Part shown: piece after piece, positions 9,693 to 19,076 of the stretch
Layout: every line of letters starts with the position of its first letter
How positions within the stretch are numbered: position 1 is the first letter of the stretch
Assembly (NCBI GenBank): GCA_041690135.1
Contig: JAWLHY010000005.1
Span: 96,001 to 160,000 of the forward strand
Origin: Armatimonadota bacterium
GTDB lineage: Bacteria; Armatimonadota; SYMT01
DNA: 64,000 nt
Direction: 5' to 3'
Position numbers and translations under genes: made by a program
The notes under the pieces: model-generated
Seen by the model: the letters and a program-made list of their open reading frames with translations, nothing else
What the model was told of the DNA's origin: nothing
Databases searched by the model: none

Positions 9693-10354
9693 AACCGTTG
9701 TGGGTCGTGCAGGCGGGGATTGTCCCCTACGATGAAGGGGTCGCTCTCCAGGAGCGTATCCGTGCGGCGCGCCAGGAAGGCCGCATCCCCGACGTGCTCC
9801 TGCTCCTGGAGCATCCGCCGGTCATTACCCTGGGCCGCGGGGCTCGGGCGGAAAACCTCGTCGCCAGTCCCGAGTTGCTGGCGGCCCGCGGCGTGGAGGT
9901 GCGGGAGACGGCGCGTGGCGGCGACGTCACTTATCACGGTCCGGGCCAACTCGTGGGCTACCCCATCTTCGACCTGAACGACCACGGTCGCGACGTCCAC
10001 CGGTATCTCCGATCCGTCGAGGAGTCGCTCATCCGCGCTCTGGCCGGTTACGGTATCCAGGGTGGGCGCATTCCCGGGCTTACGGGCGTGTGGGTCGGCA
10101 ACGAAAAGGTGGCGGCCATCGGGATCGGGGTCCGGCACTGGGTCACCTGGCACGGTTTCGCGTTGAACCTCTCCACTCACCTCGACGCCTTCCAGCTCAT
10201 CGTCCCATGCGGCATCCGCGACCGTGGAGTCACGTCGCTGGAGCGGCTACTTGAGCGCATCGTGGACCCGGCTGAAGCCACTCAAGCGGTGGTCGGGGGC
10301 TTCGCAGAGGTTTTTGGACTGAAGCCGCAGGAGACAGCACTCCCTGACCTCTGA
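9689..10354 (+). CDS. lipB: Lipoyl(octanoyl) transferase LipB
   Basis: LEHPPVITLG, RGGDVTYHGPGQLVGYPI, KVAAIG, HGFALN, IVPCGI. Confidence 0.96.
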   Translation: MKPLWVVQAGIVPYDEGVALQERIRAARQEGRIPDVLLLLEHPPVITLGRGARAENLVASPELLAARGVEVRETARGGDVTYHGPGQLVGYPIFDLNDHGRDVHRYLRSVEESLIRALAGYGIQGGRIPGLTGVWVGNEKVAAIGIGVRHWVTWHGFALNLSTHLDAFQLIVPCGIRDRGVTSLERLLERIVDPAEATQAVVGGFAEVFGLKPQETALPDL

Positions 10355-10386
10355 CATGGGTGATGTGTTCTATCAAGAGTCAAAGT

Positions 10387-10422
10387 AAGCGAGCAGCCTC
10401 AACGGCTGCTCGCTTTTGTTTT
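10387..10422. terminator. Intrinsic terminator, probably bidirectional
   Basis: AAGCGAGCAGCC-N5-GGCTGCTCGCTT followed by TTGTTTTT, between convergent genes. Confidence 0.85.
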
Positions 10423-10452
10423 TACAGTGTTACTGCCGGACGATGGTCCCGC

Positions 10453-11136
10453 TTACGGCCAAACGGCTCTTCCGGCAGGCGGCGGCATGATCGCAGCCTT
10501 GAGAGCACGGTTCTTGACCGCCTTAGCGTGCCCGTCCGCCCATAGGACGTTGATGATGTCATTATGCGGTCCGTTGCGGTAGTCCCCATTAGCGATGGTA
10601 TCGAATGAGCCGCTATCGTTCGGGGTGGACGTACTCCAGTAGGGGCGGAATACGACCTGGTTGCGGTTCTGCTTGCCGAGGTCGTCGTAACACATCACCG
10701 TGTCCGCGGGAGCGGTCAGTGCGGCCATCGGCTGTCCCGTCCCACTGCTGGTGATGAAGACCGGGCCATTCGCCCAGTACCCCAGCATCTGGTCGGCGGG
10801 AGTGGCAGTCGGTGAGCTGCTGGGGCACTGGAAGATCTTGGTGTTCTTGATGTAGGGCTGGACCCGGCCCGCCCAATGGAAGAGGTCCGTCGCCGGGCTC
10901 GCCATCGTCGCCGTGCTGCCGTTTCTGGCGTAGGCGTCGAACGGATAGACCTCGTCGTAGTCCTGGTTGTAAGCCATCACCGCGATACCAATCTGCTTGA
11001 GATTATTGATGCAGGCGGTCTTACGGGCGGCTTCTCGCGCCTTGGCAAAGACGGGGAACAAGATAGCAGCAAGAATAGCGATAATGGCTATCACCACGAG
11101 AAGCTCGATCAGGGTGAAGCCTTTGCGTCGGCTCAT
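10453..11136 (-). CDS. Prepilin-type N-terminal cleavage/methylation + DUF1559 + H-X9-DG domain protein
   Basis: [64 protein letters not shown]; SD AAGGAG. Confidence 0.92.
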   Translation of the reverse strand: MSRRKGFTLIELLVVIAIIAILAAILFPVFAKAREAARKTACINNLKQIGIAVMAYNQDYDEVYPFDAYARNGSTATMASPATDLFHWAGRVQPYIKNTKIFQCPSSSPTATPADQMLGYWANGPVFITSSGTGQPMAALTAPADTVMCYDDLGKQNRNQVVFRPYWSTSTPNDSGSFDTIANGDYRNGPHNDIINVLWADGHAKAVKNRALKAAIMPPPAGRAVWP

Positions 11137-11391
11137 AGGGCGCTCCTTCGCGTCTAACAGGATCTGGATAATTGCGGCGTGCAATGCGAGAGCAGGTCTC
11201 GTCGGCATACCGGAGTATCCCGCCTCCCATGTGGCTCGTTGTTGTGAGGCCTCAGTTCCGCTCTCATCCGGGCCATCAAGCACATCCCCGCATGTGACGG
11301 AACGGGGACATGTTAAGCCCGGCGTTAGCTGAACTGAAGGTGCGACAACTGCGATTTCGAGTGCACGGAAGGTTTGGTGATACGTAAAGGC

Positions 11392-11421
11392 ATTATGTCG
11401 TGACGTGGAGGCGAGCGTCAA
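11392..11421 (-). promoter_or_regulatory. Sigma70-type promoter for the prepilin-like gene
   Basis: Minus strand reads TTGACG-N18-CATAAT. Confidence 0.55.
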
Positions 11422-11518
11422 GAAATCTCTGGATTTCCTTAGTATCTTACCACGAGCGTTAGCTGATGCCGAAGAATGCCGGCGAGGGAGTGTCCGCGGC
11501 TTCGCGCGCAGACAGAGA

Positions 11519-11551
11519 AGGAGCAGGGCCGACAAAGCTGGCCCTGCTCCT
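11519..11551 (-). terminator. Hairpin terminator after the HD-GYP gene
   Basis: AGGAGCAGGGCC-N9-GGCCCTGCTCCT 12-bp stem; pyrimidine tail on the minus strand. Confidence 0.65.
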
Positions 11552-11577
11552 CAATGGGATTAGGCGGGAATTCCGTT

Positions 11578-12615
11578 CTATCCGGCGCTGGGAACCCCGA
11601 TTCCGGGGCTGCCGCCCAGCCCCACCATCTGCTGAGTGGCGGCTTCGCGGCGGGCGAGGGCGTCGAGGAAGATCTCGACGAGCTGGGGATCCCACTGCGC
11701 CCCGGCACCCTTGCGGAGATTCTCCTGGGCCTCGGCGGAAGTGAGCGCCGGCCTGTACGGGCGCGGCGACATCATGGCATCGTAGGCGTCGGCAATCGAC
11801 ATGATGCGCGCCAGCAACGGAATCTGCTCGCCCACCAATCCGTCGGGGTAGCCCTTTCCATCCCAGCGCTCCTGGTGGTGGCGGATAATCGGCAGGAGGT
11901 CTTCCGCACAGCGCAGCGGCCCGCAGATCCGCTCGCCGACTTCCGGGTGGAGCTTGATCTCGTTGTACTCCTCCGAGGAAAGGCCGCCGGCTTTGAGCAG
12001 GATCTCCTCGCGGACGGCGATCTTCCCGATGTCGTGGAGGATGGCGCCCTTGCGCAGGATTTCCAGGTCCTCGTCGGCCAGTCCGAGGGCGCGTCCCAGG
12101 AGACAGGCATGGTCCGCCAGGCGCTGGGAGTCGCTACCTGCCTGGGCGACCTTGCCCTCCAGCATGCGGGCGAGCCCGAAGATCACGTTCTCGGTGGTTT
12201 CCACCTGATCGTTGAGGCGGCGGACGCGCACCAGCGACTTCACCCGCGCGAGCAGCTCCAGCTTGTTCACGGGGCGGCTCAGGAAATCTTCGGCGCCGAC
12301 CTCCAGACCGCGGATCTTTTCATCCTGGGCCGAGGGAGACACCACCATCATCACGGGGATGTTGCGCGTGGTGGGGTGCGTTTTTACCCGCTCGCACAAC
12401 TGATAGGCATTAAGACGTGGGATCCCCACGTCCAGGATCGCGAGCTCGGGGTCGTCCCGACGAATCAGCCGGAGAGCTTCCTCTCCGTCGAGCGCAATCA
12501 GCACCGTATGGCCGACGGCCTCCAGGTAATCGGCGATCTGCCGGGCCGTCGGCTCGTGGCGCTCCGCCACCAGGATCCGCGCGCCGGGATTCAGGCCCAG
12601 ATCGTCGCTGGTCAT
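11578..12615 (-). CDS. Response regulator with HD-GYP domain (RpfG-like, atypical)
   Basis: N-terminal REC domain (PELAILD), LHDIGK, HPEVG, HHQERWDGKGYPDGL, ADAYDAM, RPYR; SD AAGGAGGA. Confidence 0.9.
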   Translation of the reverse strand: MTSDDLGLNPGARILVAERHEPTARQIADYLEAVGHTVLIALDGEEALRLIRRDDPELAILDVGIPRLNAYQLCERVKTHPTTRNIPVMMVVSPSAQDEKIRGLEVGAEDFLSRPVNKLELLARVKSLVRVRRLNDQVETTENVIFGLARMLEGKVAQAGSDSQRLADHACLLGRALGLADEDLEILRKGAILHDIGKIAVREEILLKAGGLSSEEYNEIKLHPEVGERICGPLRCAEDLLPIIRHHQERWDGKGYPDGLVGEQIPLLARIMSIADAYDAMMSPRPYRPALTSAEAQENLRKGAGAQWDPQLVEIFLDALARREAATQQMVGLGGSPGIGVPSAG

Positions 12616-12732
12616 ACCACCATCCTCCTTACAAAATCTTCGCCACCTGGGGGTAGCACACCTGTTATCGGCACCCATTCCAGCGGCCTGCAGGGCAGAA
12701 GGAGATTGAGAAAACCGGGTGGCGGTAAGGGT

Positions 12733-13791
12733 TTAGGAGTGTGGCAAAGGCTCCGGAATTACGGCGGCCTTAAGGGGGCCGCCGCCCCGGACGAGGTGGG
12801 GTAAGGCTTCGGCAAACTCGGCCAGTGAGATCTCACGTTGTACCAGGGTCTGCCATGGGATACGCTCGGCAGCGAGCAGGTCGAGCGCCGTGCGGATGGC
12901 TCGCGGGGTGTGGTGGAACGAGCCCAGCACGGTGAGCGCGTCGTAGTGAAGCCTTCCGGTGTCGATGGAGATCGCGGTCCCGGCGGGACAGCCGCCGAAA
13001 AGGTTTACCGTCCCGCCCTTGCGGACGAGGCGGAGGGCCTGCTCCCAGGCCTCGGGGCGGCCGACGGCCTCGATGACGCGGTCCGCGCCGCGACCGTAGG
13101 TGCGGGCGCGGACCCAGGCGGACAGGTCCGTCTCGACTTCCACGTCCACGGTTTCGGCGGCCCCCATCGCTCGCGCGGCTTCCAGGCGAGCCAGTCGGCG
13201 CCCCAGGACGAAGACCTCCGCGCCGCGGAGCGCGGCACAGCGGGCGAGCAGGAGCCCGAGGGGGCCGGCCCCCAGGATCACCACGCTCTCCCCCTCCCGT
13301 ACCCCCGTCTCTTCAACGCCGTGCACGGCGCAGGCGAGTGGTTCCACCAGTGCGGCGGCCGCGAGCGGCAGGGTGTCGGGCACGCGGAGCAGGTTCTTCC
13401 GGACGATGCGTGCGGGCACGGTAATGAACTCCGCGTAAGCGCCGTTGAGAAAGAGGAGATCTTCGCACAGTTCCTCGCGGCTGTTCTCGCAAAAGAAGCA
13501 ATCACCGCAGGGGGCGGAGTTCGCGGCTACTACCCGGTCGCCGACCTGCCAGCCGTCCACCTCCGGTCCCACGGCGTCGATCGTGCCGGCGAACTCGTGA
13601 CCGAAGATCGCCGGCGGGACGATCATCCGCGCATGATAGCCCCGCCGGAAGACCTTGAGATCGGTGCCGCAGGTGAGGGCCGTGGCGATGCGGACCCGCA
13701 CCTCGCCCGGGCCGACACCGGGGACCGGGACCTGTTCCAGGCGCGCGTCTTCCTTTCCGTGGAGCACCACGGCCTGCATCGTGGCGCTCAT
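12733..13791 (-). CDS. Zinc-binding alcohol/polyol dehydrogenase (MDR family)
   Basis: CGTDLK, FGHEFAG, CGDCFFC..C, GAGPLG. Confidence 0.9.
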   Translation of the reverse strand: MSATMQAVVLHGKEDARLEQVPVPGVGPGEVRVRIATALTCGTDLKVFRRGYHARMIVPPAIFGHEFAGTIDAVGPEVDGWQVGDRVVAANSAPCGDCFFCENSREELCEDLLFLNGAYAEFITVPARIVRKNLLRVPDTLPLAAAALVEPLACAVHGVEETGVREGESVVILGAGPLGLLLARCAALRGAEVFVLGRRLARLEAARAMGAAETVDVEVETDLSAWVRARTYGRGADRVIEAVGRPEAWEQALRLVRKGGTVNLFGGCPAGTAISIDTGRLHYDALTVLGSFHHTPRAIRTALDLLAAERIPWQTLVQREISLAEFAEALPHLVRGGGPLKAAVIPEPLPHS

Positions 13792-14834
13792 GGCTGGACC
13801 ACCACCTTGAGGGTCTCGGCCCGCGGATGGGAGGCGGTTTCCAGGGCCTCGTCGATCGCTTCAAGCGGGAAGCGGTGGCTGACGAGCGGCGCCGTGGCGA
13901 CGCGGTCCGAGAACACCAGGTCGGCAACGGTCTCCTGAAGATCGATATCGGCGCTGTAGGAGCCGAGCAGTGCCTTCTCCTGCGCGCAGACCTGTCCGGC
14001 GTCGACGCTCATCATGTCTCCCATGCGCGTTTGGGCAAACAGGAGCACCCGGCCCCCCGGCCGGACCGCGCGGAGCGCCGGCTCCACCACCGCCGTGCTG
14101 GCGACGGCGACCACGGCCAGGTCTGCGCCGCGACCGTCCGTCCTCTCGCGGCAAACAGTCTCCAGGCTCTCTGAGGTGGGGTCCAGGGGCACGGCTCCGA
14201 ACCCGGACGCGATCTCCCGCCGGAAAGGAAGCAGGTCCGTGCCGATCACTTCGAGGCCGCGGTCGCGCAGGAGTTGGGTGAAGAGCAGGCCGATCGGTCC
14301 CTGGCCGATGACCGCTGCCAGCTCGCCCGGCTCCGCCCGGGCCACCTCTACGCCCTTGAGGACGGTATTCAGGGGCTCTAGGAAGCTGGCTTCTTCGAAT
14401 GAGACATGGTCCGGGATACGCACGATGCCTCGGCGGACGAACGGCAGCACGCGCACGTACTCGGCGAATCCTCCCCCCGCCGGCTCAAAGCCCGCCGTGA
14501 CGCCGGTCTGCTTGTAAACCGGGCAGTTGGCATAGAGGCGACGCCGGCAGTAAAAGCAGTCGCCGCAGGGGACGTGGTGATGGACGACGACCCGCTCCCC
14601 CACCCTCCACTCGGCTTCGGCGGGCCCCACGGCGGCCACGGTGCCTGCCGTTTCGTGGCCGAAGACACGGGGTGCCTCTACAAGACCCAGGTGGATCTTC
14701 TTGAGGTCCGTCCCGCACACCCCGCAGGTGTGCACCCGAACGAGGAGCTCCCCCTCCCCAATCTCGGGGATCGGAAGCTCCTCGACCCGGACGTCGTTCC
14801 GGCCTCGATAGACGGCGGCTCGCATCCTCTCCAC
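13788..14834 (-). CDS. Zinc-binding alcohol/polyol dehydrogenase (MDR family)
   Basis: CGTDLK, FGHETAG, CGDCFYC..C, GGFAEY, GQGPIG. Confidence 0.9.
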   Translation of the reverse strand: MERMRAAVYRGRNDVRVEELPIPEIGEGELLVRVHTCGVCGTDLKKIHLGLVEAPRVFGHETAGTVAAVGPAEAEWRVGERVVVHHHVPCGDCFYCRRRLYANCPVYKQTGVTAGFEPAGGGFAEYVRVLPFVRRGIVRIPDHVSFEEASFLEPLNTVLKGVEVARAEPGELAAVIGQGPIGLLFTQLLRDRGLEVIGTDLLPFRREIASGFGAVPLDPTSESLETVCRERTDGRGADLAVVAVASTAVVEPALRAVRPGGRVLLFAQTRMGDMMSVDAGQVCAQEKALLGSYSADIDLQETVADLVFSDRVATAPLVSHRFPLEAIDEALETASHPRAETLKVVVQP

Positions 14835-14845
14835 CGGGCCCTCCC

Positions 14846-16117
14846 CTACTTCGGGCGGAGTTCGGTGATCCCCGGAAGATAAGGCTGGAGCACCTCGGGA
14901 ATCTTCACGCTGCCGTCGGCCTGTTGGTACGTCTCGAGCAGCGGGATCAGGATACGGGGGCTGGCGACGGCCGTGTTGTTGAGGGTCACGCAGAACCGGA
15001 GCTTCCCTTCGGCATCCCGGTAGCGGATGTTCAGGCGGCGGGCCTGGAACTCGCCGAGGGTGGAGCAGGAATGGGTCTCCGAATAAGCACTTCGGCTGGG
15101 CATCCAGGTCTCGATCTCGTGCTTCAGCGTCTGGCCCATGCCCATTTCACCGGTGCACGCCAGCGCGACCCGGTACGGGAGACCCAGAGCCTGCAACAGC
15201 GCTTCCACATTTTCCACCAGGCGCTCGTGCTCGGCGCGGACGGCCTCCGGCTCGTTCTGGCAGATGACTACCTGTTCCACCTTCTGGAACTGGTGTACCC
15301 GGTAGAACCCGCGCGTGTCCTTCCCGGCGGCGCCGGCTTCGCGTCGGAAACAGGAGCTCACCCCGCAGTAACGGCGGGGCAACTCGTCGAGCTGCAGGAT
15401 TTCGTCCTGGTGGTACGCGACCAGGGAGACCTCCGAGGTGCCGACCAGGTAGAGCTCATCCTTCTCCAGGGCGTAGGCGTCTTCGCGGCCCAGCGGGAAG
15501 TAGCCCGTGCCGGTCATCGCGGCGTCGCGGACCAACTCCGGAACGATCATCGGACCGTAGCCGCGCTTATACAGGAACTCCGCCGCGAAGCGGAGGACGG
15601 CCATCTGGAGCAGCGCTCCTTCATTTTTGAGGTAGTAGAACCGGCTGCCCGAAACTTTACCGCCCCGACCGAAGTCGGCGAGGTCGAGCGAAGTCGCCAG
15701 GTCCACATGGTCCCTGGGTTCGAAGTCGAACTCGCGCGGCGTGCCCCAACGGCGGACTTCGACATTATCTTCCTCCGTCGCGCCCACGGGAACTTCGGGC
15801 GCCGGAAGGTTGGGGATGGTCAGAAGCAGGTAGTTGAAGCGGTCCTCGGCTTCCTTCAACTCCGGCTCCAGCGCTTCGAGCTTCTCCCGGAGCACGCGCG
15901 CTTCTTCCAGGGCCGCCTCTCGCTCCGAGCCCTGCAGCTTCCCCACGCTCTTGGAAACGGAGTTCCGCTGGCTGCGCAAGTTCTCGACTTCCGTCTTGAG
16001 GGCGCGGATGCGGGCGTCCAGTTCCACCACCGCGTCCACGTCCGCGGGGATACGTTTCCTGCTCGCGGCTTCGCGGAACAGGTCGGGGTTTTCGCGCAAC
16101 AGGCGAAGATCGATCAT
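14846..16117 (-). CDS. serS: Serine--tRNA ligase
   Basis: N-terminal coiled coil, IPNLP, VSGSRFY, GTSEV, CFRREAG, RVHQFQKVE, FQARR, TLNNTA. Confidence 0.97.
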   Translation of the reverse strand: MIDLRLLRENPDLFREAASRKRIPADVDAVVELDARIRALKTEVENLRSQRNSVSKSVGKLQGSEREAALEEARVLREKLEALEPELKEAEDRFNYLLLTIPNLPAPEVPVGATEEDNVEVRRWGTPREFDFEPRDHVDLATSLDLADFGRGGKVSGSRFYYLKNEGALLQMAVLRFAAEFLYKRGYGPMIVPELVRDAAMTGTGYFPLGREDAYALEKDELYLVGTSEVSLVAYHQDEILQLDELPRRYCGVSSCFRREAGAAGKDTRGFYRVHQFQKVEQVVICQNEPEAVRAEHERLVENVEALLQALGLPYRVALACTGEMGMGQTLKHEIETWMPSRSAYSETHSCSTLGEFQARRLNIRYRDAEGKLRFCVTLNNTAVASPRILIPLLETYQQADGSVKIPEVLQPYLPGITELRPK

Positions 16118-16211
16118 CGTTCAGTCCACTCCAGGGAATGTTGGGTCCACCCCTCCCCCCGGGGAAGGGTCTCCCGCCGCGAGAGGTAGGGCGGCCGGGG
16201 CTTCTCAACGC

Positions 16212-17717
16212 TCAATTTATCGCTGTTTGGGGAGTTTGCCCGGTTCGCCGGCACAGGGAGATGAGTGTTCGCAGTGCGCCCGGTAGGTAGGCCGTTGCCA
16301 TTCCCGCCGCCAGCATGTAGCCGCCTTCAGGAAGGTAGTAACGGTGCAGCGGACCCGGGGAGAAAATGAGGGGAAGGAAGAAGGCCAGGCCCCAGGTGAG
16401 TGCAATCCCCAGCAAACGCGGTACCGCGCGCTGCAGGCAGACGATAACCCCCACTGCGAACGCCATCGACTGGCCGTTCTGGAAGAGCAGCCCCAGCGAG
16501 TGGTTGAAGGCGAGCAGCCAGACGTCCAGTGTGGTGAATCCTGCAGGGGGAGCCACTTCCAGCTCGCGGAGGTCCTGGAGACCCATCAAGGTAATCCCGA
16601 TGACTGTAACCGCCGCGGCTGTCAGAACCCGCCACCGGATGCGCACCAGCCCCGCCGGAAGGCCCAGGCGGTCAATCTCCTGTCGGATGTGCGGGCGAAG
16701 CACCCAGAAGAGTGCGAGGGTGATCAGTAGAACGGCTCCGGGAGAGAGCCAGTGACCGCTGGCGAGATAATGAAATGGCCCGAGGATATTCCCCAGAGTG
16801 CGTGCCCCGGCCGCCTTGTTCGAGCCGTAGGTGTAACCGACGCCCCCGATCGCCATGCTGCGGAATACCAGAAAGATGACCCCGACCGCGCCTATTCCGA
16901 CGACGCGTCGAAGGGCCGCACCATGTTTCCAGAGGCGGACATCCGGCTCCAGCGCGAGGCAAACGGCCGGCAGGGGGACAGCTATCTCTTTGAACCCACA
17001 GGCAATCAGGTACAGTCCAACTGCCCGCGCCAGCGCGAACCTGCGGCCCTCAATGGCGTCGAGATAGCTCCAGAGTGCGAGTAGTGAGAAGAAGGCTGCG
17101 GCGGAGTCGGGCTGATTCTTCCAGGACCCGAAAACAGGCGCGGACACTGCGGTACGCTCGCTGCCAGGCAGCCCGTGGAAAAAGCACGCAGCCATCACGC
17201 CGGCCAGCACTGGCCACGGAACCTGAAACCGGACCGCCAGACGACAGGCTAGGGCGGCGAACGCCAGGGAGGCGAGCAGGTGCAACGTGAGGGTAGGGTA
17301 TCCGTAAAGGAGTTCGTGGTCGCCGAAAGCCTTCCACTCGAACCAGAAGAGATAGGAAGTGAGCGGACGGTAGAACGGCACCTGGCCGACCCAGGTCCCT
17401 ACCAGCCAGGCCAACGTATCCTCGAAGTTCGGGGCCTGCCGCAACCCGTCCATGATCAGGCCCGTGTCGATGTCGGTCGTGAGCCAACTGGGCGCTCTCG
17501 GAGGCGTGGATCGGATCGTGCGGATGGAAAGGACGAACCACGGTAACAGGAGAGCGAGGGTGAACAGCACCGCGGCTCCGGGTGAATATTGCCAGGCACG
17601 CTTCTTTTCGTCCCTTCCCCCTTCCACTTCCGTCGGAGGGGCGCCCGCCGGAGCTGAATTGGATGTCGGGCAGTCTTCTTCCGCAGGTGAGTGATCGTTC
17701 ACGGCGCTGATCTCCAT
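16212..17717 (-). CDS. Polytopic membrane protein, GT-C (PMT/ArnT-like) glycosyltransferase-like
   Basis: Acidic loop (TDID) after TM1, FYRPL, KE motif, RYYLP, many hydrophobic segments. Confidence 0.55.
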   Translation of the reverse strand: MEISAVNDHSPAEEDCPTSNSAPAGAPPTEVEGGRDEKKRAWQYSPGAAVLFTLALLLPWFVLSIRTIRSTPPRAPSWLTTDIDTGLIMDGLRQAPNFEDTLAWLVGTWVGQVPFYRPLTSYLFWFEWKAFGDHELLYGYPTLTLHLLASLAFAALACRLAVRFQVPWPVLAGVMAACFFHGLPGSERTAVSAPVFGSWKNQPDSAAAFFSLLALWSYLDAIEGRRFALARAVGLYLIACGFKEIAVPLPAVCLALEPDVRLWKHGAALRRVVGIGAVGVIFLVFRSMAIGGVGYTYGSNKAAGARTLGNILGPFHYLASGHWLSPGAVLLITLALFWVLRPHIRQEIDRLGLPAGLVRIRWRVLTAAAVTVIGITLMGLQDLRELEVAPPAGFTTLDVWLLAFNHSLGLLFQNGQSMAFAVGVIVCLQRAVPRLLGIALTWGLAFFLPLIFSPGPLHRYYLPEGGYMLAAGMATAYLPGALRTLISLCRRTGQTPQTAIN

Positions 17718-17784
17718 CTGGGGAGGGATCCGTCAGAAAGTGAGCGCTCCGGACCAACAGCGGAGAAACTCGCTGCGACATGGA

Positions 17785-17944
17785 GCCCTTAAGTAGGATA
17801 CAGAAACAACACCCGGCGCCCGGAGATCCGCCCCATCCGGTCCGTCTCGCGACCTCTTCGGGGTGGTTCCGCCACGGGCGATTTCCTTTGCCGCTCCGGC
17901 AGCAGGTCCGGTGGTACGAGAGTTCTGTCGCCGGCTTCAGGGGC
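17785..17944 (+). ncRNA. Candidate rod-shaped structured RNA (6S-like?)
   Basis: Nested end-to-end complementarity over about 160 nt; G-U pairs favour the + strand. No family motif recognised. Confidence 0.3.
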
Positions 17945-18089
17945 CTTGCTAACCTCGCTAGCAGTATAATGCATGCCACCCAGCTGGGGAAGAAACCGGC
18001 TAAAGTTCTTCATCGCTAACACCTGCCGCTGCTGAAGTTATTTCGCGCATCCGGACCTCTCATCCCGGTCTCACACCCGCCGAAGACTT

Positions 18090-19052
18090 ATGATTGACAT
18101 TCTCCTGACCGAAGAGATCCTCGATCCCTCCATCGACGAGCTTTCCTCTCGCTATCTCCTGGTGCAGGAGCCCCAGCTCTGGCGCGATCGCGCCGCTCTC
18201 CTGTCGCGTTTGCGCGGGGTACAGGCGGTGATGGTCCGGAACATGACCCGCATCGACCGGGAGTTCCTGGACGCGGCTTCGGATCTCCAGGTGGTGGGAC
18301 GCATCGGGGTGGGTCTGGATAACCTCGATCTGCGGGCGCTTTCGGAGCGGGGCGTGGTAGTCTGTTATCCGCCGGAAGAGAATGCCGTATCCGTGGCGGA
18401 GCACGTATTCGCGATGATGTTGGGGTTTGCCAGGAAGCTGGTGGCTGCCGACCGCTGCGTGCGGGAAGGACGTTGGGACCGGTATGCCTACGTGGGGTTC
18501 GAGCTGGCCGGTAAGACCCTGGGCATCCTCGGCCTGGGGAGAATTGGCTTCCGCGTAGCGATGCGGGCCCGCGCCTTCGGGATGAAGGTGATGGCCTACG
18601 ATCCTTATCTCGCCTCGCAGCACCCCTATGTTACGGAGTGCGGCGCGGAACTCGTTTCTCTTCCATGGGTCCTGCGGGAAGCGGACATCGTGAGCTGCCA
18701 TCTGCCGCTGACCGACGAGACGCGCGGGCTGATTTCCGACGACGCGCTGGCGATGATGAAGCCGAACGCACTGCTGATCAACACGTCGCGCGGCCCCGTG
18801 GTGGACGAAGCGGCCCTGTACCGGGCACTCCAGAACGGCTTCCTGGCCGGTGCGGCGCTCGACGTGCGCGAGACGGAGCCGCCGGGGGACAGTCCGCTGC
18901 ATTCTCTGGCGAACGTCCTCCTCACCCCGCACATCGCGAGTTGGACCGAAGAATCCCTCCACCGCGTCATCAGCACCGTGGTCGGTGACGTGGACCGCGT
19001 GTTGTCCGGGCAACCGGCTCGGAACTACGTGAACTTCCCCTTACCCCGCTAG
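18090..19052 (+). CDS. D-2-hydroxyacid dehydrogenase (SerA-like, no ACT domain)
   Basis: GVGLDNLD, SVAEH, GLGRIG, HLPLTDET, INTSRG, LDV..EP, TPHIA. Confidence 0.9.
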   Translation: MIDILLTEEILDPSIDELSSRYLLVQEPQLWRDRAALLSRLRGVQAVMVRNMTRIDREFLDAASDLQVVGRIGVGLDNLDLRALSERGVVVCYPPEENAVSVAEHVFAMMLGFARKLVAADRCVREGRWDRYAYVGFELAGKTLGILGLGRIGFRVAMRARAFGMKVMAYDPYLASQHPYVTECGAELVSLPWVLREADIVSCHLPLTDETRGLISDDALAMMKPNALLINTSRGPVVDEAALYRALQNGFLAGAALDVRETEPPGDSPLHSLANVLLTPHIASWTEESLHRVISTVVGDVDRVLSGQPARNYVNFPLPR

Positions 19053-19076
19053 ATCGACTGCACTGGAACCTCGAAA

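Noticed and set aside
11185-11240. Cobalamin riboswitch (GCCAC..GGGAGG..GAGACCTGC on the minus strand)
   Set aside because: The conserved 5' GGGAA..GGTG.AA.TCC and CCCGCAACTGT elements are absent.
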